A stretch of DNA of 64,000 nucleotides from Actinomycetota bacterium (GTDB lineage Bacteria > Actinomycetota > Actinomycetes > S36-B12): assembly GCA_030645615.1 (NCBI GenBank), contig JAUSNB010000035.1, positions 96,987 to 160,986 on the forward strand. Reading direction: 5' to 3'. The translations under genes were made by a program, and so were the position numbers. The notes below the pieces were generated by a model that had not been told where the DNA came from, ran no database searches, and was given only the letters and a program-made list of their open reading frames with translations. Position 1 is the stretch's first letter; the number at the start of each line of letters is the position of its first letter. Shown piece by piece: positions 44,333-52,982 of the stretch.

Positions 44333-44727
44333 GCGGTCCTCCGGGCAGCGTTGGGGGTGGTCTCTCCGGTTCCGGGGACCATGTGGTCAGGGGTGTAGGT
44401 GACGAGGGCCATGCCGGGAGGCGCCCAGCCGGTCCGCTTGAGGTCGGCCATTGCGGCGCTCACTCGCAGCAGTTCGTCGAGATGGGAACTCGCTACCCAG
44501 GCTTCGTGGTCGCGCTCCCGGCGGGCGGCCTCCAGTGCGCCCTTCGCCCCGCGGGCCTCGGCCCGGGCGTCGTCCCGCTCCCCCGTCAGCCGGGTCACCT
44601 TGACGTGCAGGTCGAGCAGTGTCGACGGAGAAGCCATGCGCCACTCCCGCTCGGCGTTGAGCATCTTGACCAGGCGCCGGCGGGGCACCAGGTGGCGGAC
44701 CACGAGCCGCTGCATCCACCGCGTCAT
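44329..44727 (-). CDS. Coiled-coil hypothetical protein
   Basis: ERDDARAE repeats; coupled ORF. Confidence 0.55.
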   Translation of the reverse strand: MTRWMQRLVVRHLVPRRRLVKMLNAEREWRMASPSTLLDLHVKVTRLTGERDDARAEARGAKGALEAARRERDHEAWVASSHLDELLRVSAAMADLKRTGWAPPGMALVTYTPDHMVPGTGETTPNAARRTA

Positions 44728-44918
44728 CGCTGTGCCCCCTGGTAGCCGCGGACGTTCACGCGTGCGGGGCGACGGGGGGCGGGACGCGTGTCGGACAGGC
44801 TGAACTCGAGGTCGTCGAGGCGACGGGACAGGCGCCGCCGCTCCAGCTCGTACCCGATGACAGTTGCCAGCAGCGCCATGAGGGCGAGGAACGCCACGAC
44901 TTCCGCAGTCCGGTCCAT
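44724..44918 (-). CDS. Small membrane protein
   Basis: VVAFLALMALLATVIG. Confidence 0.55.
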   Translation of the reverse strand: MDRTAEVVAFLALMALLATVIGYELERRRLSRRLDDLEFSLSDTRPAPRRPARVNVRGYQGAQR

Positions 44919-44962
44919 AATCAGCGTGCCTCGCAATCGTCAAAGGGTTCGAGGTGAAGTGA

Positions 44963-45009
44963 TCCCCTCCCGCTGCTTCATCCGCCAAGACGTAGGCAGC
45001 GGGAGGGGA
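44963..45009. terminator. 14-bp stem-loop in the early operon
   Basis: TCCCCTCCCGCTGC...GCAGCGGGAGGGGA. Confidence 0.6.
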
Positions 45010-45039
45010 CCTATGCGGGCTGCGGGGGCAGCCGTTGTG

Positions 45040-45186
45040 TCACGCCCGAAGACGTGAGCTTGCGTTGAACTCCTCGAGGGCTTCCATGAATGCCTCCGGG
45101 CTGCCGAACCGGGCCAGGCCGGCCTCCGCGAACTCCACGAGCCACGCAGCCCACGGGGCCTCGGAGGCCCGCTGGTTCAACCTCAC
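45040..45186 (-). CDS. 48-aa hypothetical protein
   Basis: GTGA-coupled to xis; RLNQRASEAPWAAWLVEF... Confidence 0.45.
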   Translation of the reverse strand: MRLNQRASEAPWAAWLVEFAEAGLARFGSPEAFMEALEEFNASSRLRA

Positions 45187-45386
45187 GAGGCACGCCCCGT
45201 TTTCGCAGTTGGGAGCGCGGCGGCGTAGGCGCGGAGGTCGTCGATGTGGAAGACGGGCTTGCTGCCCTGGTAGCGGGTCGGGATCTCCCCCGATGCACGC
45301 AGGTCGTCGAACTTCCGTGGTGAGATCGCGAGGAGGCGTGCCGCGTCGACACGGTCGTACAGCAGGGACTCGGCGAGGACGCTCAC
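45183..45386 (-). CDS. Excisionase-like HTH protein
   Basis: LLYDRVDAARLLAIS...GEIP...IDDLRAY. Confidence 0.8.
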   Translation of the reverse strand: MSVLAESLLYDRVDAARLLAISPRKFDDLRASGEIPTRYQGSKPVFHIDDLRAYAAALPTAKTGRAS

Positions 45387-45628
45387 GCGGCGTCCTGAAA
45401 CAGGTCGGGCCGCAGGATTGCTCCGGTCTTGACGCCCAGCACCCCTGCTATGGCCACCAGCATCGGAGGGGTGAGCGGCTTGCGCCCGGCTTCGATGTTC
45501 GCGACGTAGGGGCGGGACTTCAGGACCCCTCTCGCCAGCTGATCGACCGTCAGGCCGCGCAACTCACGCATCGTCCGGATGGTCTGACCGACCCTTGTCC
45601 ACGAGTCTTCGGGGAGAACTTTTGCCAT
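45383..45628 (-). CDS. Cro-like XRE HTH protein
   Basis: IRTMRELRGLT..QLA...SRPYVANIEAGRK; leaderless after TTGACA-N18-TAGTGT. Confidence 0.85.
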   Translation of the reverse strand: MAKVLPEDSWTRVGQTIRTMRELRGLTVDQLARGVLKSRPYVANIEAGRKPLTPPMLVAIAGVLGVKTGAILRPDLFQDAA

Positions 45629-45635
45629 GCAGAGC

Positions 45636-45812
45636 ACACTAGGGAACACACGGGAACCTTGTCAAGGGACTCGCGGGAACATCCATTAGATCGGCGTGTC
45701 GCCTCAGCGGAGACTACTTACGTCTGCGTAGTTTCATGCCGGTATTCCGTGACAAATAGGGCATCCCGTCAGAAGAAGAGGGCTTGATGTTCCCTACCGT
45801 TCCCGTCATCAT
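45636..45812. promoter_or_regulatory. Divergent lytic/lysogenic promoters with GGGAAC-N4-GGGAAC operators
   Basis: gggaacACACgggaac (45642-45657) and gttcccTACCgttccc (45789-45804) lie within the -35/-10 regions. Confidence 0.7.
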
Positions 45813-45819
45813 TCGACTC

Positions 45820-46206
45820 ATGGAGCGAGATCCAGGGTCAGCGATCGAGGCAGTCCTGGCGCGCATCACAGAAATGCATTCGACTCCGACGGCAATCGCC
45901 CGCGCGGCAGGTGTTGATCCGGCGACCGTCCGCGATTTTCTAAGCGGCGGACATTGGCCCCAGTCGCGCACTCGCGGGCGGCTAGAGATGGCACTTGAGT
46001 GGCCACCAGGGACCATCGAGGACATCGCACGGGGCAAGCCCACCCCAGTCATATCCGACGAGCCCGACGTCACACCTGCAGGCCAGGCTGCGCTCATGCA
46101 GACCATCCGTGAGGTCACGCGCGACATGAACCCGACCCTCCTAGATGAGTTCCGCGCACAGATCGAAGCGGCCGGGCGGAAACTGCGGCGCGAGGCGGGG
46201 ATGTGA
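45820..46206 (+). CDS. Immunity repressor (CI-like XRE)
   Basis: IARAAGVDPATVRDFL.G..WP...LEMALEWPPGTI. Confidence 0.8.
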   Translation: MERDPGSAIEAVLARITEMHSTPTAIARAAGVDPATVRDFLSGGHWPQSRTRGRLEMALEWPPGTIEDIARGKPTPVISDEPDVTPAGQAALMQTIREVTRDMNPTLLDEFRAQIEAAGRKLRREAGM

Positions 46207-46637
46207 GCCACTACTGCCCGTGGGCCGATCTCGGACGGCGACACTCAGACGTGTTGTTGGACGTTCGCCAAATAGGACCCGCCCGGGCCGTGTGGCTTCC
46301 CGATTCTCGGGTGATCTTCGTCGATAGTTCCCTCTCTTGGGCGCAGGGGCGATGCGCCCTGGCGCACGAGATTGCGCACATCGATCTCAAGCACAAGCAC
46401 TCTGGCTTCCCCTGGTTCGATGCTCGCCAGGAGGCCGAAGCCGACCAACTCGCCGCCCGGCGGCTGATCGGAATCGCCGCTCTCGCGGAGGCATACGCCT
46501 GGTCACACGATTCAGCGCAGCTCGCGGAGGCGCTAAACGTGGACGGGGCAACGGTCCTGACGCGCTGGAATCACCTTCACCCGTCGGAACGGCACTACAT
46601 CGAAGCCCGCATCGCACTCATTGAGCACGCCGCGTGA
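46203..46637 (+). CDS. ImmA/IrrE-family metallopeptidase
   Basis: RCALAHEIAH, EAEADQLAARRLI. Confidence 0.88.
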   Translation: MSHYCPWADLGRRHSDVLLDVRQIGPARAVWLPDSRVIFVDSSLSWAQGRCALAHEIAHIDLKHKHSGFPWFDARQEAEADQLAARRLIGIAALAEAYAWSHDSAQLAEALNVDGATVLTRWNHLHPSERHYIEARIALIEHAA

Positions 46638-46697
46638 CCCAGACCAACCCCGGAGAGCTCGCTTGCCTTGCCGCGACGACTACAAGAGGAGACCGGA

Positions 46698-47552
46698 ATG
46701 AGCGACACCCCTGACAACCTGGCAACGTTCGGCGCAGCAATCCCCGAGCCACCGGTCCCCGCCGACTCGACCGCAGCAATGGGGGCAGCAACGGCTCCGC
46801 TGGACTCATCGCCGCCGGTCGTCCCCATCGAGGTCGAGTCCTCGGACGTCGTGAGCGTCCCGAAACCAGCCCGCGGAGCACCCAAGTGGGAGACCGACAC
46901 ACGTGAACGCGTCAAAACTGCGATCCGCAAATACCAGAAGCCCCTCAGCGACATCCTCGGCCGGGACGCCAACGAGGGCGACACTCGACTCTTCGTAACG
47001 GACTTCCTCTGCGACGCACTGGGATTCGACAAGTACGAGGACCTGACCACCGAATACCGCGTCAAGGGAGAGTTCGCCGACTACGGCGTCCGCATCGACA
47101 AGCAACTCGTCGCGTTCATCGAGGTCAAGAGGATCGCCCAGAAGCTGAGCGCCAACCACCTCCGCCAGGTCCAGACCTACGCCGTAAATGAAGGCGTCGA
47201 GTGGATGGTGCTCACAAACGGCCGAGTCTGGCAGGTCTGGCACCTCACGGGCGGGCTACCCGTGATCATGGACAAGGCGCTCGAAGTCGACCTGCTGTCC
47301 GACGAGCCGCTCGCCACGAAGGCGGCGGCGATGTTCTACGTCACCCGCGAGGCGATGAAACGCCATCAGATGGACGAGTTGTGGAAGGCCCAGGCCGCCA
47401 CCTCGCCCAAGTCGATCACACGCATGATCCTGAGCGACAAGGTCGTCGAGGAGATCCGCAAGGAGCTTCGCCGCCAGACGGGGCACTCGGCCGAAGCGTC
47501 CCGGATCGTGGGCGTGCTCAAGAACGAAGTTCTTCGTGCCGACCTTGTCTGA
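46698..47552 (+). CDS. Stand-alone HsdR_N-like PD-(D/E)xK nuclease-domain protein
   Basis: NEGDTR...LGFD...EY...ADY...FIEVKR...Q...YA...LTNG. Confidence 0.8.
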   Translation: MSDTPDNLATFGAAIPEPPVPADSTAAMGAATAPLDSSPPVVPIEVESSDVVSVPKPARGAPKWETDTRERVKTAIRKYQKPLSDILGRDANEGDTRLFVTDFLCDALGFDKYEDLTTEYRVKGEFADYGVRIDKQLVAFIEVKRIAQKLSANHLRQVQTYAVNEGVEWMVLTNGRVWQVWHLTGGLPVIMDKALEVDLLSDEPLATKAAAMFYVTREAMKRHQMDELWKAQAATSPKSITRMILSDKVVEEIRKELRRQTGHSAEASRIVGVLKNEVLRADLV

Positions 47553-47597
47553 CCCGCGGGCACATGCCGATCTCGAGAACGCCGCCTAGGAGGAAGC

Positions 47598-47969
47598 ATG
47601 GACTTCCAGAACCCGACCTACGTCAAGCTCTCCCCCGTCGACGCTACCCAGGGCCAGCAGATGGTGCAGGCCCTACTGCTGGACGGGGAGGAGGTCGCGA
47701 TCGCCTTCCGAGGGTCCCGAGACATGGTCTGTTTCACCTCAAAGCGGATCATCGCCATGAACGTCCAAGGCCTGACCGGGAAGAAGACCGACTTCACCTC
47801 ACTGCCCTACAGCAAAGTGCAGGCCTTCGCGGTCGAGACGGCCGGGGGGTTCGATCGGGACTGTGAGCTCGAACTGTGGTTCAGCGGCCTGGGGAAGGCA
47901 CGCTTCGAGTTCGCGGCCAAGTACGACATCGTCGGGCTGTCCAAGTGGCTCGCGCACTACATCCTGTAG
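47598..47969 (+). CDS. Bacterial PH-domain protein (bPH_1-like)
   Basis: RDMVCFTSKRII..NVQGLTGKK..FTSLPYSKV..F.VETAG.FD.D.EL. Confidence 0.88.
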   Translation: MDFQNPTYVKLSPVDATQGQQMVQALLLDGEEVAIAFRGSRDMVCFTSKRIIAMNVQGLTGKKTDFTSLPYSKVQAFAVETAGGFDRDCELELWFSGLGKARFEFAAKYDIVGLSKWLAHYIL

Positions 47970-48002
47970 GTCCGGACAGTCGCGCGCGGCCTAGCGCCGG
48001 CG

Positions 48003-49211
48003 CTAGGCGAGCGCCGAGCCGAGCCGTTCCATGGCTTCGCGGGCCAGGGCCAGGTTGACGTGCTGGTAGCCCTGCGTGGTCGCGACGTCGGTGTGGCCGA
48101 GGAGTTCCTGGATGATCTTGGCGTCGACCCCGGCCTCGAGGAGCAGCGTCGCGGTGGTGTGGCGGGCGGAGTGCAGCGGGAGGGGCCGGATGCCAGCGGT
48201 GGCGAGGGCGGCCTGCCAGGCGGCGTAGTCGTCCTTCGGGTCGACCGGGCCGTCGCCGTCGCGCCAGACGAGTCCGGTGGTGAGGCCGCGCTTGCGATGC
48301 TCGCGCAGGGCCTCGACGAGCGCGGGCCCGAGGGGGACGATGCGGGTCCCGGCGGAAGTCTTTGGACGGGTGAGGACCAGTGCGCTGCCGGCGATGGGGC
48401 GGACCTCGAAGTCGGCGGGTGCGACGAGTCGCCGCTGAGGGCAGTTGCCGCCCCGCTTCCGGCCGCAGGCGCCGCCGCAGCCGTGGTCATAGGCCAGCCG
48501 TTGCAGCTGCCACGAGATGTCCGCCGTGCCGTCGGCCAGGCTGACCCGGTCCCATTCCAGTCCGAGGGCCTCGCCCTGCCGCGCCCCGGCGTAGAGGGCG
48601 AACGCCCACCGGGAGCCGAGCTGGTCGGTGGCGCTGGTGGCGAGCAGTGCCTTGGCCTCGGCTGCCGTGAGCGTGCCGCGCGGGGCTGACAGGGCCTTGG
48701 GCGGGTCGACGAGCGAGGCCGCGTTCTGGGTGACCAGGCCGTCCTTCGCGGCGGCCTGGAGGGCCGTGCGGAGCGCGCGGTGGCTGTTCCGTGCCGTGGC
48801 CGCGGTGTGCTCGGCGGCCATCGCGGCGAGTGCCCTGCGGACCTGCGACGGCTGGAGACTCCACAGCAGGGCCTTGCCGAGTCGGGGCTTCAGGTGGAGT
48901 CGGACGCAACGCTCGTACTCGGCGTAGGTCTTCGGCCGGACGTTCGGGCGCGCGATCTCCTCGAGCCACTGGTCGAGCCATGCGCCGACCGTGAGCCGCC
49001 GTGGCCCGACGACACCGGTGCGGTCCCTCTCGCGGCGGGCTTGGCGCAGCTTCTCCAGCGCGCCGGCCTGCGTGCGGGAGCGTCCGACCCACCGCTGCCG
49101 CTTGCCGCGGGCGTCCTCCCCGAGGTCCAGGCTCGCGGCCCACAGTCCGCGTGATTCCTCGAAGCGCAGCGACCCGTCACCGTGCTGCCTGCGCGTGGTC
49201 CGCGCCATCAT
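48003..49211 (-). CDS. int: Tyrosine integrase
   Basis: GARQGEALGL, PKT, HSARH, LGH, catalytic Y in TQGYQH. Confidence 0.95.
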   Translation of the reverse strand: MMARTTRRQHGDGSLRFEESRGLWAASLDLGEDARGKRQRWVGRSRTQAGALEKLRQARRERDRTGVVGPRRLTVGAWLDQWLEEIARPNVRPKTYAEYERCVRLHLKPRLGKALLWSLQPSQVRRALAAMAAEHTAATARNSHRALRTALQAAAKDGLVTQNAASLVDPPKALSAPRGTLTAAEAKALLATSATDQLGSRWAFALYAGARQGEALGLEWDRVSLADGTADISWQLQRLAYDHGCGGACGRKRGGNCPQRRLVAPADFEVRPIAGSALVLTRPKTSAGTRIVPLGPALVEALREHRKRGLTTGLVWRDGDGPVDPKDDYAAWQAALATAGIRPLPLHSARHTTATLLLEAGVDAKIIQELLGHTDVATTQGYQHVNLALAREAMERLGSALA

Positions 49212-49219
49212 TCCTCCAA

Positions 49220-49241
49220 GGGTAGCCATTGGGGTAGCCAT
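49220..49241 (+). repeat. Tandem GGGTAGCCAT x2, probable arm-type sites
   Basis: Matches 9345-9368; abuts the int RBS. Confidence 0.75.
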
Positions 49242-49270
49242 GCGACCGCTAGCAGAGGCTAGCGGTCGCA
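49241..49270. terminator. Perfect 13-bp inverted repeat between attR and int
   Basis: TGCGACCGCTAGC-agag-GCTAGCGGTCGCA. Confidence 0.6.
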
Positions 49271-49327
49271 CTCGAAAGGTGTTGGTATTCAACGCTTTTC
49301 ATGGACCCGAGCATAGCAGACTACCGG

Positions 49328-49371
49328 CTCCTAAGCGGTAGGCCATGGGTTCAATTCCCGTCGAGGGCACC
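49328..49371 (+). repeat. attR core (duplicated tRNA 3' half)
   Basis: Identical to 9254-9297; lacks the tRNA 5' half. Confidence 0.97.
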
Positions 49372-49381
49372 GCTCCCCGGC

Positions 49382-49594
49382 TCAGGCCGTGCCCCGTACG
49401 ACCAGGCGGTCCAGCAGGTCCTGCGTGGCCGCGGACACGCGATCGACCGCCTCGTCGAAGGCGGCCTGGTTGTGGGCGGCGGGGGCCCGGAACCCGCTCA
49501 CCTTCCGCACGTACTGCAAGGCCGCCGCTCTCGTGTCGTCCTCCGTCGGATCGTCGGTGAACGGCGGACGGAGGGTCTTGATGCTCCTGCACAT
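49382..49594 (-). CDS. DUF2277-family protein
   Basis: MCRSIKTL...AAALQYVRKVSG...N.AAF. Confidence 0.9.
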   Translation of the reverse strand: MCRSIKTLRPPFTDDPTEDDTRAAALQYVRKVSGFRAPAAHNQAAFDEAVDRVSAATQDLLDRLVVRGTA

Positions 49595-49658
49595 GCCCGG
49601 CAGGCTAGCCGCTCGCTGCCTCTGCGGGGCAGGTGCCGTGTGGGTAAGGTCCCCACCC

Positions 49659-51350
49659 ATGAGCCACGTCGCCACCATCACCCGGCGCCGCATCCTGCTC
49701 GCCGCGCCGAGCATGGCCGGGGTGTTCGTGGCGGCCTTCGGCTTCGCCGCTGCGCTCACCCCGTCGCTCCTGCCTCGGCGCCTGGTCTTCCTTCTCCTGC
49801 TGACCGGGCTGGGCGCCATCGCTGGCTACGCGATCGGCACGACGGCCTGGTGGGCGCTGCGGAAGATTCCGGCGTTGCGGGCATGGCGCGTCCCGAGGCT
49901 CGTGCGCTTCGGGACGCCCGCGCTGGCCTGGCTGATCGCCCTCGCGTTCGTCCCCGTGGCCGTCACCTGGCAGGCCGAGCAGCAGTCGGCCCTCGACATG
50001 CCCGCCGCCCTGCCGTCGACGATCACGCTCATCGTCGTCAGCGCCGTGATCATGGTGGTCCTGCTGGGCCTAGGCCGGCTGGCCCGGCTGGCCACGGACC
50101 GTCTGGCCGCATTGCTCGCCAGGATCGGCCCGATCCGCAGGTGGGTCAGCGGCCACCAGCCTGGCAAGGTCCACCGCTCCATCGCTGTCGTGCGGCTCGC
50201 GGTGGCGATCGTGCTCATCGTGCTTGGTGCCCTGGGCCTGCGCACGGGCATCTCGATGCTCATCTCGTCCTACGACAGTGTCAACGCCGACCAGACGGGG
50301 CAGTCACCGACCGACCTTGGCATCAACAGCGGCAGCGAGGGCAGCCTCGCACCGTGGGACACGCTGGGCCGCGAGGGCCGGTTCTACGTGAGCAACACGA
50401 TGACCCCGGATGACATCGCGGCGATCACGGGCCGGCCGGCCGATGTCCCGGTGCGGGTGTACATCGGCATGCAGCAGGGCGACACGCCAGACGCCCGCAC
50501 CGCCCTGGCCGTGCAGGAACTGGACCGGGTCGGCGCATGGGACCGGGAGTACCTCGTCATCTTCGGGGTCACCGGCACCGGATGGGTGGACCCCAATGCC
50601 ATCAACGCGCTCGAGGCCGTCACCGATGGCGATGTGACGACTGTTGCCGTCCAGTACTCGGCGGTGCCGAGCTGGATTGGCTTCGTGATCGACCCCCAGA
50701 CGACGATCGACCAGAACCGAAGCATGATCGACGGCGTGCTCGCTGCGTGGCGCGCGCAGCCGGCCGACCAGCGCCCGGAGCTGATCCTGTTCGGCCAGTC
50801 CCTCGGTGCCATGGGCACGCAGGGGGCATGGACGGGCGCGGCCACGCCGGTCGACGTCACCGCCGAGATCCCGCACGTCATCTGGATGGGCCCGCCGGCG
50901 GCGGCGGTCCTGTGGAGCACCTGGCAGGACGAGCGCACGTCGGGTCCCGCGTGGGACCCGGTCATCGGCGACGGGTCGATCACCCGTGTGCTGGTGAGCC
51001 CGTCCGACACCAGCCACGAGTTGAAGGCGCCGCCGACCATCGTTTTCGCCGCGCACGCGAACGACCCGGTCGTGTACTGGAGCCCGGACCTGTTGCTGCG
51101 CAAGCCGGACTGGCTGAGCCCGCCGCTCGGCCCCGGCGTTGCCCCGGAGATGCAGTGGTACCCGGTGATCACGTTCCTCCAGGTGGGAATGGACCTGATC
51201 GGCGGCGGTGAGCCACCCGAGGTGGGGCACAACTACAGTGCCAACATGGGGCCGGCGATCGCGCTGGCGGTGAACCCGGAGGGCTGGACGGACGCCACGA
51301 CGGCCCGGCTGCAGGCAGCCCTGCCTGCGCTGCGCTACCAAACCGGCTAG
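49659..51350 (+). CDS. Membrane alpha/beta-hydrolase family protein
   Basis: TPSLLPR, WDTLGREGR, TGTGW, GQSLG, DPV, GHNY. Confidence 0.85.
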   Translation: MSHVATITRRRILLAAPSMAGVFVAAFGFAAALTPSLLPRRLVFLLLLTGLGAIAGYAIGTTAWWALRKIPALRAWRVPRLVRFGTPALAWLIALAFVPVAVTWQAEQQSALDMPAALPSTITLIVVSAVIMVVLLGLGRLARLATDRLAALLARIGPIRRWVSGHQPGKVHRSIAVVRLAVAIVLIVLGALGLRTGISMLISSYDSVNADQTGQSPTDLGINSGSEGSLAPWDTLGREGRFYVSNTMTPDDIAAITGRPADVPVRVYIGMQQGDTPDARTALAVQELDRVGAWDREYLVIFGVTGTGWVDPNAINALEAVTDGDVTTVAVQYSAVPSWIGFVIDPQTTIDQNRSMIDGVLAAWRAQPADQRPELILFGQSLGAMGTQGAWTGAATPVDVTAEIPHVIWMGPPAAAVLWSTWQDERTSGPAWDPVIGDGSITRVLVSPSDTSHELKAPPTIVFAAHANDPVVYWSPDLLLRKPDWLSPPLGPGVAPEMQWYPVITFLQVGMDLIGGGEPPEVGHNYSANMGPAIALAVNPEGWTDATTARLQAALPALRYQTG

Positions 51351-51450
51351 ACCACCCTCGCGAGTGGGCACTCGTCGCGGCTGCGCCGCGACGAATCGCA
51401 GCGACAAGTGCCCGCTCGCGGGAGGTGGCCGGGCAACGGCGTGGCCGGTG

Positions 51451-52902
51451 CTACAGAGAGTCGACGACCTCGATCGTGCGGAGCGTCGGGTCGCTGCAGT
51501 AGGCCACCCGACCCACTCGGCCGGCGATCGCGATCGCATCGACGGTCTCCTGGGTCACCCGCTCCCCCGGCGCCAGCAACGGGATTCCGGGCGGGTAGGG
51601 GCAGAACTGCTCCGCGCTCACCTCGCCGATGGCATCCGCCAGCGGGATCCGGCGACGGCTGGCGAAGAACGCCTCCCGCGGGGTCACCACGACCTCCGGC
51701 TCGTTCGACCACACGGCCGCCGATGCCCCCGCCCGCGGCTCGCCACGGCCCTCCTCGATGAGCACGATGAGGCAGTCGGTTACCTCGTCGACGAAGGCCG
51801 GCTCGTCCAGGAGAGTCATCGTCAGCACGAGTGTGTCGCGGTCCGCGGATTCAGGTCCATGGCCGAGGTCCCACAGCCGCTGGTTCAGGTCGACGCCGGA
51901 CGCGCCCGTCCGGGGCAGCCACAGCGACACCTTGAATGGGTCGACGCCGCCTGGGACGTTGCTGTCGTCGAGCACGACCACGCCCGGCACCGCCGAAAGC
52001 CGACGGCGCATTCCCAGCACCAGTTCCATCGTCCGGTCGAGCGCCGCCCCGCCGTCCCGCTCCAGCACGGCCCTCGTGGCATCGATCGACGCCAGCAGCG
52101 TGCCCGACGGAGACGTCGTGGCCACGAGGTCGACGCAGCGGTCGAGTTGCCCGCGCACCACGCCCCCCTCACGCATGCTCAGGACCGCCGTCTGCGAATA
52201 GCCCATGAGCGCCTTGTGCACGCTGGTCACCGAGACGTCCGCGCCCTGCGCCAGCGCGCCGCGACCCGGCAGGAAGCCCAGGTGCGCGCCCCACGCCTGG
52301 TCGACGACCAGCGGGATGCCGCGGGCATGCGCCGCAGCAGCCAGCCCCGGGATGTCGGAGAGCGATCCGACATACGACGGCGAGGTGACGAAGCAGCCAG
52401 TGATGTCCGCGCTCACGCCCAGCAGGTCGGCAGCAGGGATGCCGATGGGCAGGCGGAACTCAGGGTCGAGATCGGGGTAGATCCACACCGGCCGCGCCCC
52501 CGTGATCACCAGGGCCGCGTGCGTGCTCCGGTGCGACGTGCGGTCGACGGCGACGGCTCGATCCGGATGGGTGATGGTCGACAGCGCGGCGATGTTGCCC
52601 TGCGACGAGCCACCCACGAGGAACCGGCAATGGTCTGCACCGACCGCAGCGGACCACAGGGCCTCGGCCTGTGCCAGGTAGTGATGCGTGAACGCGTTGT
52701 CGTCCACGCCCCCTTGCAACGGCAGATCGTCGCGTACCAGCGAGCGGAGCAGGTCGTCGCCGAGCGCGGGTGCGTCGGCTGCGTACCTGTTCTTGTGGCC
52801 GGGGATCTGTAGCGGACGGCGGGCGGCGGCCATGGCACGCTGCCAGGCCGCGACAAGGGGTGCATCGAAGTCCTGCTGATCGACCAACGGGCTCTCGGAC
52901 AC
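51451..52902 (-). CDS. Orn/Lys/Arg decarboxylase family PLP enzyme
   Basis: IPGHK, DRTSHRS, VDQAWGAH, SVHK, TTSPS, PYPPGIP. Confidence 0.9.
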   Translation of the reverse strand: MSESPLVDQQDFDAPLVAAWQRAMAAARRPLQIPGHKNRYAADAPALGDDLLRSLVRDDLPLQGGVDDNAFTHHYLAQAEALWSAAVGADHCRFLVGGSSQGNIAALSTITHPDRAVAVDRTSHRSTHAALVITGARPVWIYPDLDPEFRLPIGIPAADLLGVSADITGCFVTSPSYVGSLSDIPGLAAAAHARGIPLVVDQAWGAHLGFLPGRGALAQGADVSVTSVHKALMGYSQTAVLSMREGGVVRGQLDRCVDLVATTSPSGTLLASIDATRAVLERDGGAALDRTMELVLGMRRRLSAVPGVVVLDDSNVPGGVDPFKVSLWLPRTGASGVDLNQRLWDLGHGPESADRDTLVLTMTLLDEPAFVDEVTDCLIVLIEEGRGEPRAGASAAVWSNEPEVVVTPREAFFASRRRIPLADAIGEVSAEQFCPYPPGIPLLAPGERVTQETVDAIAIAGRVGRVAYCSDPTLRTIEVVDSL

Positions 52903-52982
52903 TCGGTCTCCCCGTGGTGTTGGCTGGCAGGGTGGACGCCACCCCCATCCTGTCGCACGATGCGACGGGGCCGCAGGCTGGA

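Larger units (their letters stand above)
9254..49371. mobile_element. Temperate siphovirus-type prophage (~40.1 kb) integrated in tRNA-Arg(CCT)
   Basis: 44-bp direct repeats at both ends; integrase, immunity, packaging, head, tail and lysis modules in canonical order. Confidence 0.97.

Noticed and set aside
49328-49371. Second tRNA gene
   Set aside because: Only the 3' half is present; it is attR
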